From contig NC_043013.1 in the NCBI RefSeq assembly GCF_006345805.1, positions 5,394,001 through 5,458,000 of the forward strand: a stretch of 64,000 nucleotides of DNA. Reading direction: 5' to 3'. The position numbers were made by a program, and so were the translations under genes. This document shows, in pieces, positions 50,235-62,130 of this stretch. Source of the stretch: Octopus sinensis (Eukaryota). Positions within the stretch are counted from its first letter, which is position 1, and each line of letters begins with the position of its first letter. The notes below the pieces were generated by a model. It worked only from the letters and a program-made list of their open reading frames with translations. It ran no database searches and had not been told where the DNA came from.

Positions 50235-50899
50235 TGATGTGGCATGAATGTGTGGCTTGGGTTTTAGCCATAGTAATCTCTCACAAGCAGAAATATCTCA
50301 TCTGTGCATAGCATGATTGCAGATGATAGCATTTTTGCCAGCAGGGTGGACTGGAGCAAAGTGAAATAAAGTGACTTGCTCAAGGACACGATACGCTGTC
50401 AGGAATTGAACTGTCGGTGTGTTTATGTCCCCGTAACATAGCAGTTTGGCAAAAGAGACCGATAAAATAAGTACTAGGCTTACAAACAATAAGTCCCGAG
50501 GTCGATCTGTTCGACTAAAGGTGGTGCTCCAGCATGGCCACAGTCAAATGACTGAAACAAATAAGAGAGTAAAAGGATAAAAGAATTATCTAACAAAGTA
50601 CAACAATACAGCTAGCAGTACTCTACGGTACATTTCTGTACTTTATCTAGTTTAGTTTGTCAGTGTTTTAGTTTCATCCCTAAGATAGCAAGTTCACATC
50701 CCACCCACCCACCCATATTGATTTTGTTCTCCATCCTCAATTTGAAGGCAAAGTAACAATAATAATAGATTGTGCTTGATTTTATTTGTCAAGCCCCTGT
50801 TCTCCCTCACGACCTTACACACACTTTGTCCTTCCTTTATCAAAGTTAGCCATTTGTCTAACCAAAATAGAATCAATTTTTCACCAAAGGTCAGTTTTA

Positions 50900-51625
50900 G
50901 TGGTAGTGGTGGTGGTGATGGCTGCGGCAATGGTGGTAATAGTGATGATGGTGGCAGTGATGGTGGTGGGGGTGGGGGTGTTGGCAGCAGTGGCAGTGAT
51001 AATGGTGGTGGTGGTTGAGATGGTGATGATGCTGGTGGTTGAAGTGATGGTGGTGGTGGTGATGGTGGTGGTGGTGACGGTTTGGTGGTGGTGGTGGTGG
51101 TGGTGATGGTGGTAGTGGTGGTGATGATGGTGATGGTGATGGTGACGGTTTGGTGGTGGTGGGGGGGGGGGATGTTGCCAGATATAGAACTACAGTTTAC
51201 AAATGTTATCTGGTATTTATTTTGAATCTCTTTAAGGGTCTTGTCACATGTAAATAGTCTCTCCGGAAATGACTTCCTCTTTTTATCTCCTCTCTACCAT
51301 CACCATCACCACTACCACCACCACCACAACCACCATCACCACCACAACCACAACCACCATCACCACCACCACCAACACCATTATTGCTGTTACTATCACT
51401 GCCACCTATGCTACTGTCAAGACCACTACAACCACCATCACAACCACTACCACCACCACTACCCCTACCTCTAAGATTGCCACAACCAGCCTATCACCAC
51501 TACTATCACTGCTGCTGCCACCACAACCACCACAACCATCAAAACTTCTACAACCAAGACCACTGCAACCAACCCTACTACAACTACTACCTTCACCACC
51601 ACCATCACCATCACCACAACCACCA
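50900..51625. repeat. (GGT/GAT)n and (ACC/CAC)n microsatellite blocks
   Basis: Visible trinucleotide repeats at 50900-51170 and 51295-51625. Confidence 0.9.
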
Positions 51626-52520
51626 AGACTGTACCAACTCCACTCTGACCATCAGCCATGTTAATAGAAATCATATTCTGTTTGCCTTGGAAATAAAGGG
51701 ACAGTACATTGGATAAATGTAGTCCTAGATACACAATGTCTTGTACAAAGACAACAACTAGACCTAGGAAAATTGGGAGAGCCTGAGTTTTGGTTTGTTA
51801 GATTAGGAGGGATTTGAGGTTAAACAACAACATCAACAATAATAGAAATGGCAGCAAAAACAGCAGCAGCCGTTCAAGAATTTGGACCTGGAGATCTCCA
51901 TTTCCAGCGACTTCGAGGGCCACCTCCCACTGGTGTCGGACGCCAACAAAGAGCCCTTGACTACAACAAGACGACCAAAGTTTTTTTTTCCCAAGGTCTG
52001 GGGTCTCCCGCCCCTAATCTCTTGACCATCACCTAATCGCCCTTACCCATCTTGTTGCTTAACAACAACAACAACAACAACAGCAGCAGTAGTAGTGGAG
52101 GCGCAATGGCCCAGTGATTAGGGCAGCGGACTTGCGGTCGGAGGATCGCGGTTTCGATTCCCAGATCGGGCATTGTGTGTGTTTATTGAGCAAAAATACC
52201 TAAAGCTCCACGAGGCTCTGGCAGGGGGTGGAAGAAGAAGAAGACAACAACAACTACTGCAACAAATACAAGAGCAATAACAACTACAACAATAGCAAGA
52301 GCAACAACAACAACAATAACAGCAGCAGCAACTGATAATACAATATCAAACCCAAACAGGGATGGAAAATTAACCTCTAAAATCTGATAAAATAATTGTG
52401 GTTGACATTCCAGCAAATTCCAACATGAAAGTACTAATTGTTGTGCTTCGTCACAGGAAAAACAGCTTTTCTTTTATGACAGAATATATCTTCATAACAT
52501 ACTTGAGTTGTTAAAATAAG

Positions 52521-52711
52521 GCACAGGAGTGGCTGTGTGGTAAGTAACTTGCTTACCAATCACATGGTTCCGGGTTCAGTCCCACCGCATGGCACCTTGG
52601 GTAAATGTCTTCTACTATAGTAGAAGACACTTGACCAAGGTGCCACACAGTGGGATTGAACCTGGAACCACGTGGTGGGAAAGCAAGCTTCTTATCACAC
52701 AGCTACACCTG
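52521..52711. repeat. foldback of two family A SINE heads
   Basis: + head and - head fused at palindrome CTTCTACTATAGTAGAAG (~52609-52626). Confidence 0.85.
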
Positions 52712-53325
52712 ACAGGCTTCTTTCAGTTTCCATCTACTAAATCCACCCACAAGGCTTTGTTTGATTAAACCCTTCAAGGTGATGCTCCAGCATGGACATA
52801 GATAAGTGAGTGAAACAAATAAAAAAAAGGACAAAGAAATGTAAGTGGACAGGTTCCTTAAGGACATCTATGCAAACTATGTCATAAAATGTTTTCTCAG
52901 AATGTAAAGACAGATGAAATACTGGTAAGCATTTTGCCCCATGTGCTAACGTTTCTGCCAGCTTGCCACCTTCCAAATTTGGTATATTGATGTAGAGATG
53001 AGTTACAAATGCTCAGAAAATAGGCACTCATCAAAGAAAATAGACAGATAAAGAAAATACATGGTGTAGTTTTAAGCAGACTACAGCTTGGCTTGTTACT
53101 ATGGAAACAGGCACCAATGTGTCTGTGGGTTTTGATTAGCTAAAATTACCTGAAATTTTAAAATTAGTTAACTTTTTATTTATTAATTCATGGCAAAAAT
53201 GAATTTCATTTCCATAATTAGCATATAAAACTGCATCAGTATACCAAATTTGAAAACAAGAGGAACAAAATTTTAAAAAATAGAAAACTGTGAGAGCAAA
53301 AGAAAAAATCTGTGTTGTGAATGAA

Positions 53326-53543
53326 CCCTTTCGCATTCGGGTTACTCAGTCAAATGTAATTCTTAGTTATTCACATTGTTTTGAATCTGTCATGCATTAT
53401 CTTGTAGCTTCAAGATTTCAATAAGATAATTGTCTATTTTTAGAACAATATTGTAGGGTGAGTGTGAGAGGCTGGATATCACCAGTTTGAACATAAAACG
53501 TAGAATAATTGTGCTGGTTATGGTCAGTTTAAATGCTAAAGAG
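53326..53543. mobile_element. TTAA-type (piggyBac-like) MITE
   Basis: TGAA|CCCTTTCGCATT ... AATGCTAAAGAG|TTAA termini. Confidence 0.55.
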
Positions 53544-54490
53544 TTAAACAAGCTTTTAGACCAGTTCAAATACATTTAGGACACATTAGACCTGTAGCAC
53601 ATCCATCTTCACTGTGGTTTTACCATGGAGGAAACCAAAAGTTTTCTCCACAGCAAAGTGCAGTAAAAAGGGCATTTTTACAAATCAGATACATCCCATA
53701 CATATTTGAACTGATCTAAAAATTTGTTTAACCAATTATATATTCAGAAATCTCATTGAGAACAAAAGCCATAGTCAAATAGTTCTTGTTATGATGCCTC
53801 TCAGGAAATTTCTGTGTTTTATGCTAATATAATTTCTAATCTTTAAATTATACATAATGAAGATGAATAATTCCTGTGAAGTCAATAACATGTTAATATT
53901 ATTGCATGCTTGATGGTTCTACATTAATTCATGAAATTGAAGGTTTTGGCACAATCTGGAAGATTAAAAGGTTTTATAGATTAAGATTTTTTCTTAAAGA
54001 GAAATATCGAGCCATGTTATTTTGCTAATATACATTAAAGTAATGGCCTTAGTGAAGCTGTGGAAACTATTAATTAACATCTTTTAGAAGAAATTCCTCC
54101 TGGAAACAATATTCGACACTCTTCTATGGAAACGGTGGAAAAGGTAAATGGAAATCTCAGAATATGTAGAAACCATTAAGTAAGTCATCATCATCATCCT
54201 CACTACCATCATTATCATCATCGTCATCACTACCACCACCATCACCATCACCTTCATCATCATCACCACCACAACCAACACCATCAGCAGCAGCAGCAAC
54301 ATCGTCACCGCAACAACCACCACTACCTTCATCGTCATCATCATCATTATCATCATCATCATCATCATCATCACCACCACCATGACTACAACCACCACCA
54401 TCATCATCATCATCATCACCACCACCACCATCACCATCACCATCATCATTTAACGTCATTCTTTTTTCCCATGCTGGCGTGGGTTGGATA

Positions 54491-55012
54491 CCATAAATCC
54501 TTGAATATAGTCTGCCCTTGAGTATAATACGCAGGGGATTTTTAGGAGGTTGTTCTTCTGAAAAACCTAAACCTTGTGTATAATACGCACCCCTTCTCAA
54601 ACTTGAGTTGTGCGTAATTAAGCCAGCAACACCTAGTCAAACAAATACTTCCGCGCATGCATAATACAATAATGGTGATGTTCTTATCTGTCATATGGGA
54701 ATGTAAATATGTTTGCAAATTGTTTTTGTTACATGTTATTCTGTGTTCTGAATACTTTTATTTTAATAAATGTTGCTTATTGCAAGTTATGGATGATTCT
54801 TTTAGAACTTCATTGCTTTCAGGCTTAGCTTAAGGTATTTTCGTGCCCAACATCACAAAATGCCTCTGAATAAACATTGCCAGACAGCAAACAGAAACTT
54901 GGACATTGCTTAGAAAATATTTTTCCTTTTTAACCTTGTATATAGTATGCACTAGGGATTTTGACCTTTAAATTTTGGGGAAAAAATTCAGATTAAACTC
55001 AAGGATTTACAG
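54491..55012. mobile_element. non-autonomous Tc1/pogo-type (TA, CCGTA-ended) element
   Basis: TA|CCATAAATCCTTGAATATA at left; TAAACTCAAGGATTTACAG at right; a second right end at 56625-56711. Confidence 0.6.
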
Positions 55013-55779
55013 TTGTTGAACAGGAACCAATGAGCCAAAGGGCCATGCTGAGCTCCACTGTCTTCTTAGGCATTATTTCTACAGTGGAGACATGTGGCTT
55101 AGCGGTTAGGCTGTTGGACTCATGATTTGCAAAATTGTGGTTTTGATTCCTGGACCAGGCAATGTTTTGTGCTCTTGAGCAGAACACTTCATTTCACATT
55201 GCCCCAGTCCACTCAACTGGCAAAAATGAGTAATCCTGTGACAGACTGGAGTCCCATCCAGGAGGGAAATATATATATGCCATGGAAACCAGGAAACTGG
55301 CCCTTATGAGTCACTGTGACTCAAGAAGGTAGCTTTACTTTATGTTTTACCATCATTTCTACGGTTGGATACCCTTCCTAACACCAACCACTTTATAGAG
55401 TGTGCTGGGTGCTTTCCTTTTCATGGTATCAGCACTGGTGGGGTCACCAAGTACTTGCAAGAAAAAAAACCTTCTTAACTAAGGGAGAATTATAGAGAGG
55501 GATAAGGAAATGATAGAGAGAGAGAGAGAGAGAGAGAGAGGAACAAGTGTCTTGCTGAAGAGGTAAATGCATAGCTTCTCCATCAGGAGAGAGAGAGAGA
55601 GAGAGAGATGAAGTCAAGGTACAAAGTGAATATGAGAAAGAGAACAGGGATAGAAGAAAAGGTGAGTGGGTATGTGTGCTGGAGAGAAAGGAGTGTAACA
55701 AGTAATTAGAGATGGGGATTGAGGTGAATGCAATGAGCATCAGTCTGGTGGAAGTGAAAAAAAAATTGGTTCAGATTTT

Positions 55780-56230
55780 TAACCAAGTTCAAACACTGAA
55801 TCGCTATTTTTATTCTCTTTCTGGCATGAATGATTTTGATAAATCTCATTTAAACATAACAGAAATGTGTTACGAAGCAAGAGAAGTGAGTTTGGTAAAT
55901 GCACCAGTGGCCTTTTAAGACGGACATGTCTTCCATGCGGAATTAAAACAACCAACACCATGTTTCTGAAGGTCATCGATCATATTATTGGAAACGATAT
56001 TGGTAATATTATTATTATTCCTCAAGATGATGTATGTGTTGAAGCTGCCAAAACTGTTGGAAATCTATTAATCAAGGTAGATAGAATGATAAAGCAACAT
56101 AAGTTGCAATCACTACGTATGGTGATCAATCAAACTAAATCTGTATCAGAGACTGCTGAATTGCCTTTGAGATGATAAAGACTAATAAGGAGGTAGATAT
56201 CACTAGATTATTGGGTGGAATTCTGGTTTA
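55780..56230 (+). pseudogene. decayed Ty3/Gypsy reverse transcriptase fragment
   Basis: LPCGIKTTNTMFLKVIDHIIGNDIGNIII.PQDDVCV resembles the LPFG...FQ...YxDD RT core; upstream EAREVSLVNAP resembles the ..KELTTINT block. Confidence 0.55.
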
Positions 56231-56878
56231 AGCATCCTGTATAATGCCTCAGAGTTTTTACTTTTTGGAATTACCACGACATTTTTGCAAATTTGTGTTG
56301 TACACATGAAAATTCGTTTTTTGAAAATACTTTTTTAAAGATCTTCTTCCACCATAAATCCTAAAATTTCCTTTCATTTTCAAATTTTTTTTTTTCCAAA
56401 TCAGAGTTTAAAATGTGGACAGTCTGAACTTTTTGCTTAAATCCCAGCAATTGAGCACCCTTGGGTGCATCGTCATTCCACTAAATGTGTTTATGAGGAG
56501 AAAAATACTGAAAAATATCAATACATGTCAGAGAGGCAAAGAAATTAGGACGATATCAGGTGGTCGTGGGACGTGCTAAAAACAACAGCTAAATTGTCCT
56601 TAAATCACACATGCAGAATAAAAGTTTTAACCTCGTATATAGTACGCACTAGGGATTTTGACCTTTAAATTTTGGGAAAAAAATGCGGATTAAACTCAAG
56701 GATTTACGGTAGTTGAACAGGAATACAAAATTGCAAAAATTTTCTAAAACTTCTTAAAAATATAAAACCTATGAGAAGTTATATGGGGTACTTAAACCCG
56801 AATTTTGTTAATTATTGTTTAGTAGGGAGAATATATCATCATCATCATCCTCATCACCATCACCATCACCACCTTCAC

Positions 56879-56916
<38 letters not shown>

Positions 56917-56983
56917 CCACCATCATCATCACCATCATCACCATCACCATCACCATCATCATCATCACCATCACCACCATCAC

Positions 56984-57019
<36 letters not shown>

Positions 57020-58319
57020 TTAACATCCATCTTCCTTGCTAGCATGGGTTGGATGGTTTGACAAATTCCAAGCTGGAAGACTACGTTGAGAACCAATGTT
57101 TGCTTTGTTATGGTTCCTATAACTCAATGGTTCTCAACTATTTTTTCACCTGTGGATCCCTTTAATTCTTAGGATCCCCATAGCCACTGGATATTTAAAA
57201 ACTAGGTTTATAGATACTTCTTTCAAACTGCCTATTTTTTTTTTCCAAACATTAACTTACATAACTTGAGCTATATAAAATGTCAGAGGAAGAAACCAAG
57301 CTATTTCTTGCAATGAATGCATTGAAAGCATAACCTTTTAATGAACCCTTTAACTACTACTGTGGACCCCCAATTTACTATTGTGCTTGCATGGACCACC
57401 AAAAATCTTATATGGACCCTCAGGGTTAAGAACCACTTATCTAGAGTAAGTTGTTGATGTATTGAAAAAAGATTGGGGTAAGAAAACCCAAATCGTGGGC
57501 AATGAGTTTTCAGCTGCAGGAAATTTGTACTGTTGCTCTTAGCATCAGCAAAACTTGACTGTGTCTGGCACACGATCTTTTAGGAAAACTGTACTGGATA
57601 TTGTCATGTAAAAAGCATCCTCTACACTCTATCTAGTGGTTGGTCTTAGGTAAGGTATCCAGTTATAGCAATGATTCTCATCCAGGGTTGAGAAAAGATT
57701 TTGTGGGATCCATGGTTGCAGAATAGTAAATTTGATAAATCATGGTAATATTTTTGGGTTCCGTGAAAAAAATTATGTGTTTATTGCAAAAAACAGCTCA
57801 GTTTCTTTCTCTAATATTATACATAGTTCAAACTACACACGTGAATGTGTGTAGAACAAAATAGGGATTTAGAAAGCAGTATCTATAAAACTAATTTTAA
57901 ACATGGAATGGCTACAGGGCTCCAGCAGAATAAGATAGTAATCAAAGGGGTCCATAGATAAAAAATGATTGAGAATCACTGATTTGGCACATTGCTATTT
58001 GTGACAGTTATTAAATGTGTTCCATTTTTGTGGGGATTTCAAAAACAAAAGGTATTTTGAGGAGATAAAACTGCTGTTGGCCATATTTATGTTACCACAA
58101 AATAAATAACTGTAAATGCAGACATTGGTGTGTGGTTTAGGAGCTTGCTTTACAGCCATGTAGTTTCAGGTTCAGTCCCACTGCACAGCACCTTCAGTAA
58201 GGGTCTATAGCCTTTGACCAATCAATGCCTCGTGGGTGTTGAATCTCATTGTTTATATGTGTGTGTTTGTGATTCCAGGTTTTGATTCCAAGCCTGAAAT
58301 TTCCTCTCTCATTCCACAA

Positions 58320-58890
58320 CAGTTTCAGCTATAAGAACAAGACCATCAGCGTAGAGGAGCTCCCACAGACAACCAGTCTTAAACTCTTCTGTTATGACCT
58401 GGAGGACGATGGTAAATAGAAAGAGACTGAGACGCAAACCATAGTGATCACTTACTTGCACACTAAACTTGTGGCTCATTTCCAGTATTTGTCTTACTAA
58501 CAGACTGACACAATTTCAGTACCTGGCTTGGATGGCCCAAACTAGCCATTTGTCTATTTCTAGCTTCTGCAATGACCACCAGATGGAATGAGAAACCCTT
58601 TCAAACTTTTTCTCCGTGTTGACAAATACGAAGTGCAGTAGTTTACTTTTGGCTAAATGCATCTTTTGTTGTTGCATTACAAGAAAGAGAGCATCAGAAG
58701 TGTTTCTCCTTGGCACAAAACCAAACTGCATCTCATCTAGGCTAACTCTCTTCCTAACGAGTTCAGCTAATAACCCCTACTGTAACTTCCATTACTTGGT
58801 GCGGCAATTTGATATTTTTGTGTTTACTTCTCTGCAAGGCAATTCCTTTATCCAAGCAACAGTTGACTGTAATGCTAATATATACAGTAT
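58320..58890 (-). mobile_element. decayed RTE-clade LINE reverse transcriptase fragment
   Basis: MQFGFVPRRNTSDALFLV..FVNTEKKFERV..WWSLQKL; ..ITEEFKTGCLWELLYAD; a short copy of the same segment at ~62500-62537. Confidence 0.85.
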
Positions 58891-59139
58891 AATATAAATA
58901 AATACATGTGTGTGTGTGTGCGTATTTATGCTTATGGGAACTGGCTTCCCGCTGTAGAAACTGCAGAGTAACAGTGTCTCTGGACCAGCCCAAATCTTGT
59001 TCACTGTTTTTGAAATCTGCAATGTGAAACTTGTGAGTAAACAGCTGTTGAAAAAAACACCATTCTACTGTTGTTGTTGTTGTGCATGCATGTGTGTGTG
59101 AATATATGTATACATACGCATATGCATGTGTGTGCATGA

Positions 59140-59368
59140 ATCGTGGCTGTTTGCCAGCTCTGACTGGCACCTGTGCGGGTGGCACGTGAAAAGCACCCAC
59201 TACACTCACGGAGTGGTTGGCGTTAGGAAGGGCATTCAGCCATAGAAACACTGCCAGATCTGACTGGGCCTGATGAAGCCTTCCGGCTTCACAGACCCCA
59301 GTTGAACCGTCCAACCCATGCTAGCATGGAAAGCGGACGCTAAATGATGATGATGATGATGATGATGA
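59140..59368 (+). mobile_element. Meta-domain-like retroposon 3' part with (GAT)n tail
   Basis: GGAGTGGTTGGCGTTAGGAAGGGCATTCAGC...GCGGACGCTAAATGATGAT. Confidence 0.75.
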
Positions 59369-59408
59369 TATATATACACACATATCTGTATATACATACA
59401 TAGATATA

Positions 59409-59496
<88 letters not shown>

Positions 59497-59571
59497 ATAT
59501 ACATATATATATACATACATACATATATATATACATACATATATATATATATATAATATATATATATATAT

Positions 59572-59603
<32 letters not shown>

Positions 59604-60112
59604 TTATATATACACACATGTGTATGTATACACTTAAATATATGTATATATACATAGATATATACATATATATGCATATGTTATATGTGTATACACACAC
59701 ACGTGTGTGGATGTAAACATCTGATTTTTCGCCAAATTCCCGATGATTGTTTTTGTTCTTTGTAAAATGTAACTGTGCACGTATTTTGATGTAAATACAT
59801 CTGTCATGTGACTTCAGTCACATTTGCATATGACATCATAGCAACCTAATTTTCTACTTGTAGTCAAAACAACTTTATCTTAAGTTAAATATATTCAAAG
59901 AAGCTGATGGTTAGTATGTTGAAAGAAGCTGATAATGTAACTAACGAAAATATTATTGTTTGACTAATTAACTTTCTATGAAAATGCAGTTTGCGAAGTT
60001 ATATTAGATATCTGCATTAACTCACACACACACACACACACACATGCTCACACACACACACACACATGTGGGTGTGTATATTTATATATATATATATATA
60101 TATTTATACATA

Positions 60113-61014
60113 CAGGGTGTTCCAGAAGTCTTGGGCACATTTTGACATTGAATATCTCAAAAACTATTAAGGACATAAAAATGCATCTGATATATTCTGA
60201 AAGCCTGCAATTTCAAGTTTTTTATGAAATGTTCAAAGATGTTCAATGTGAGCACCGTTGGTCACACAGCACACATCAAGCCGATGGTCCAATTCTTGCC
60301 AAACGTGTTCCAGCATTGCGTTGTCGATGGTTGCAACAGCTTTCGTTATTCAGGCCTTCAGTTCATCCACGTCTTTTGGAAGGGGAGGCACATAGACCAG
60401 TCCTTTCACAAATGCCCTCAATAAGAAATCACAGGGTGTGAGATCTGGAGACCAGGGAAGCCAGGGCATGAGAACGTGATCATCTCGCCCAGACCATCCA
60501 ATCCATCTGTCTGGCAGTGTTGTGTTCAGATACTGTCTAACCCTGAGGCTCCAGTGCAGTGGCGCCCCATCCTGTTGGAAAATGAAGTCCATACTGGCTC
60601 TTCTGATTGATTTACAGGGGCTCTGCTTGAAGGCAGTTTGAACTCGCTCACCCATATCATCTGAAGTTGAGGGGTGTTCTGTTCTCTTAGCTGGGCACAA
60701 ACACCCATCCTTCATGAATTTACCATGCCATCTCTATATGGACTTCTGTTCTGGTACCTCTTTTCGGAGTTTTGTGCGAAATGCACATTGAACAAGTGTC
60801 CATGATTCAGTTTTTGCAAATTCAAGGCCGCAAAACGCCTTTTCTGGTTGAGTGAATGCCATTACTGGATCTGAAAAAAATATGAAAAAATCATTGGCAT
60901 TACAAAAAACTTAATGAATTTAGCTTTAAAATGTTACCAGTTTCATCTTACTACCAATCATAGTCCAGCAGATATGAGGACTTGAAATGTGCCCAAGACT
61001 TCTGGAACACCCTG
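60113..61014 (-). mobile_element. internally deleted Tc1/mariner of the rosa/DD41D group
   Basis: Perfect 30-bp TIRs CAGGGTGTTCCAGAAGTCTTGGGCACATTT, TA flanks; transposase from ATG at 60862 (MAFTQPEKAFCGLEFAKT..) joined to FQQDGAPLH..RWIG..WSPDLTPCDF. Confidence 0.92.
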
Positions 61015-61020
61015 TATATA

Positions 61021-61073
<53 letters not shown>

Positions 61074-61697
61074 CGAGGTCTGGTCAACAAGTATCTGGAC
61101 TGTTGCCATAGTAAGTAAGCTAAAGTACATAGAATGAAACCACTTGGTGCAAGTTGACCTTGACCTCTGCTGTGCATGTACACTAAGTTTTAACATTCTA
61201 GCTTATTTCCATTGTTTACAGCAGCGCTTTGAAGTAACGTAACGTGTGATCGTCGCATTGACCATGACAGAGAAAGATATCATGGCGATACCTGCTCAGA
61301 AGCCTACTCAAAGTTGCAGAATGTGTATGGAGGGGAGTGTATGAGCCACACACAAGTGAATGAGTGGTTTAGACATTTCCAAGATGGCTGAAAGAATGTC
61401 AATAGTGCCAAACATTCCGGGAGACCTGCTACCAACAGAACTGAGAAAAACATCACAGATGTGTATGATGCAGCTGTGAGGGGAAATCGTTGAATCACCA
61501 TCCGTGAGTTATCAGAGGATGTGCAGATTAGTTACAGTTCAGTTCAGTCCATTATCACTGAAGATTTGGGTATGAGATGTGTGTCTGCCAAGTTTGTGCA
61601 CAAACTGATTTCAGCTGACCAAAAAGACACTTGGGTTTCAGTTGCATAAAATCTCCTTGATTGCATTGAGAACGATGAAAACTATTTGAAAACTTTG
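61074..61697 (+). mobile_element. decayed mariner 5' half
   Basis: TA|CGAGGTCTGGTCAACAAGTATC TIR; ..EWFRHFQDG*KNV..HSGRP..IITEDLGMRCVSAKFV. Confidence 0.85.
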
Positions 61698-61729
61698 TGT
61701 AGGCCTCTGAGCAGGTATGGCCAAGCTTT

Positions 61730-62130
61730 CTCTTTTACTTGTTTCAGTCATTTGACTGCGGCCATGCTGGAGCACCGTCTTTAGTCGAGCAAATCGACCC
61801 CGGGACTTATTCTTTGTAAGCCCAGTACTTATTCTATCGGTCTCTTTTGCCGAACCACTAAGTGACGGGGACGTAAACACACCAGCATCGGTTGTCAAGC
61901 AATGCTAGGGTGACAAACACAGACACACAAACATATACACACACACTCATATATATATATATATACATATATACGACAGGCTTCTTTCAGTTTCCGTCTA
62001 CCAAATCCACTCACAAGGCATTGGTCGGCCCGGGGCTATAGCAGAAGACACTTGCCCAAGATGCTACGCAGTGGGACTGAACCCAGAACCATGTGGTTGG
62101 TTAGCAAGCTACTTACCACACAGCCACTCC
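61730..62130 (-). mobile_element. tRNA-derived SINE family A, young subfamily
   Basis: Diagnostic variants. Confidence 0.92.

Noticed and set aside
51870-52050. Moderately GC-rich segment (similar one at 62535-62670)
   Set aside because: No recognisable motif, ribozyme fold or ORF; probably retroelement fragments.
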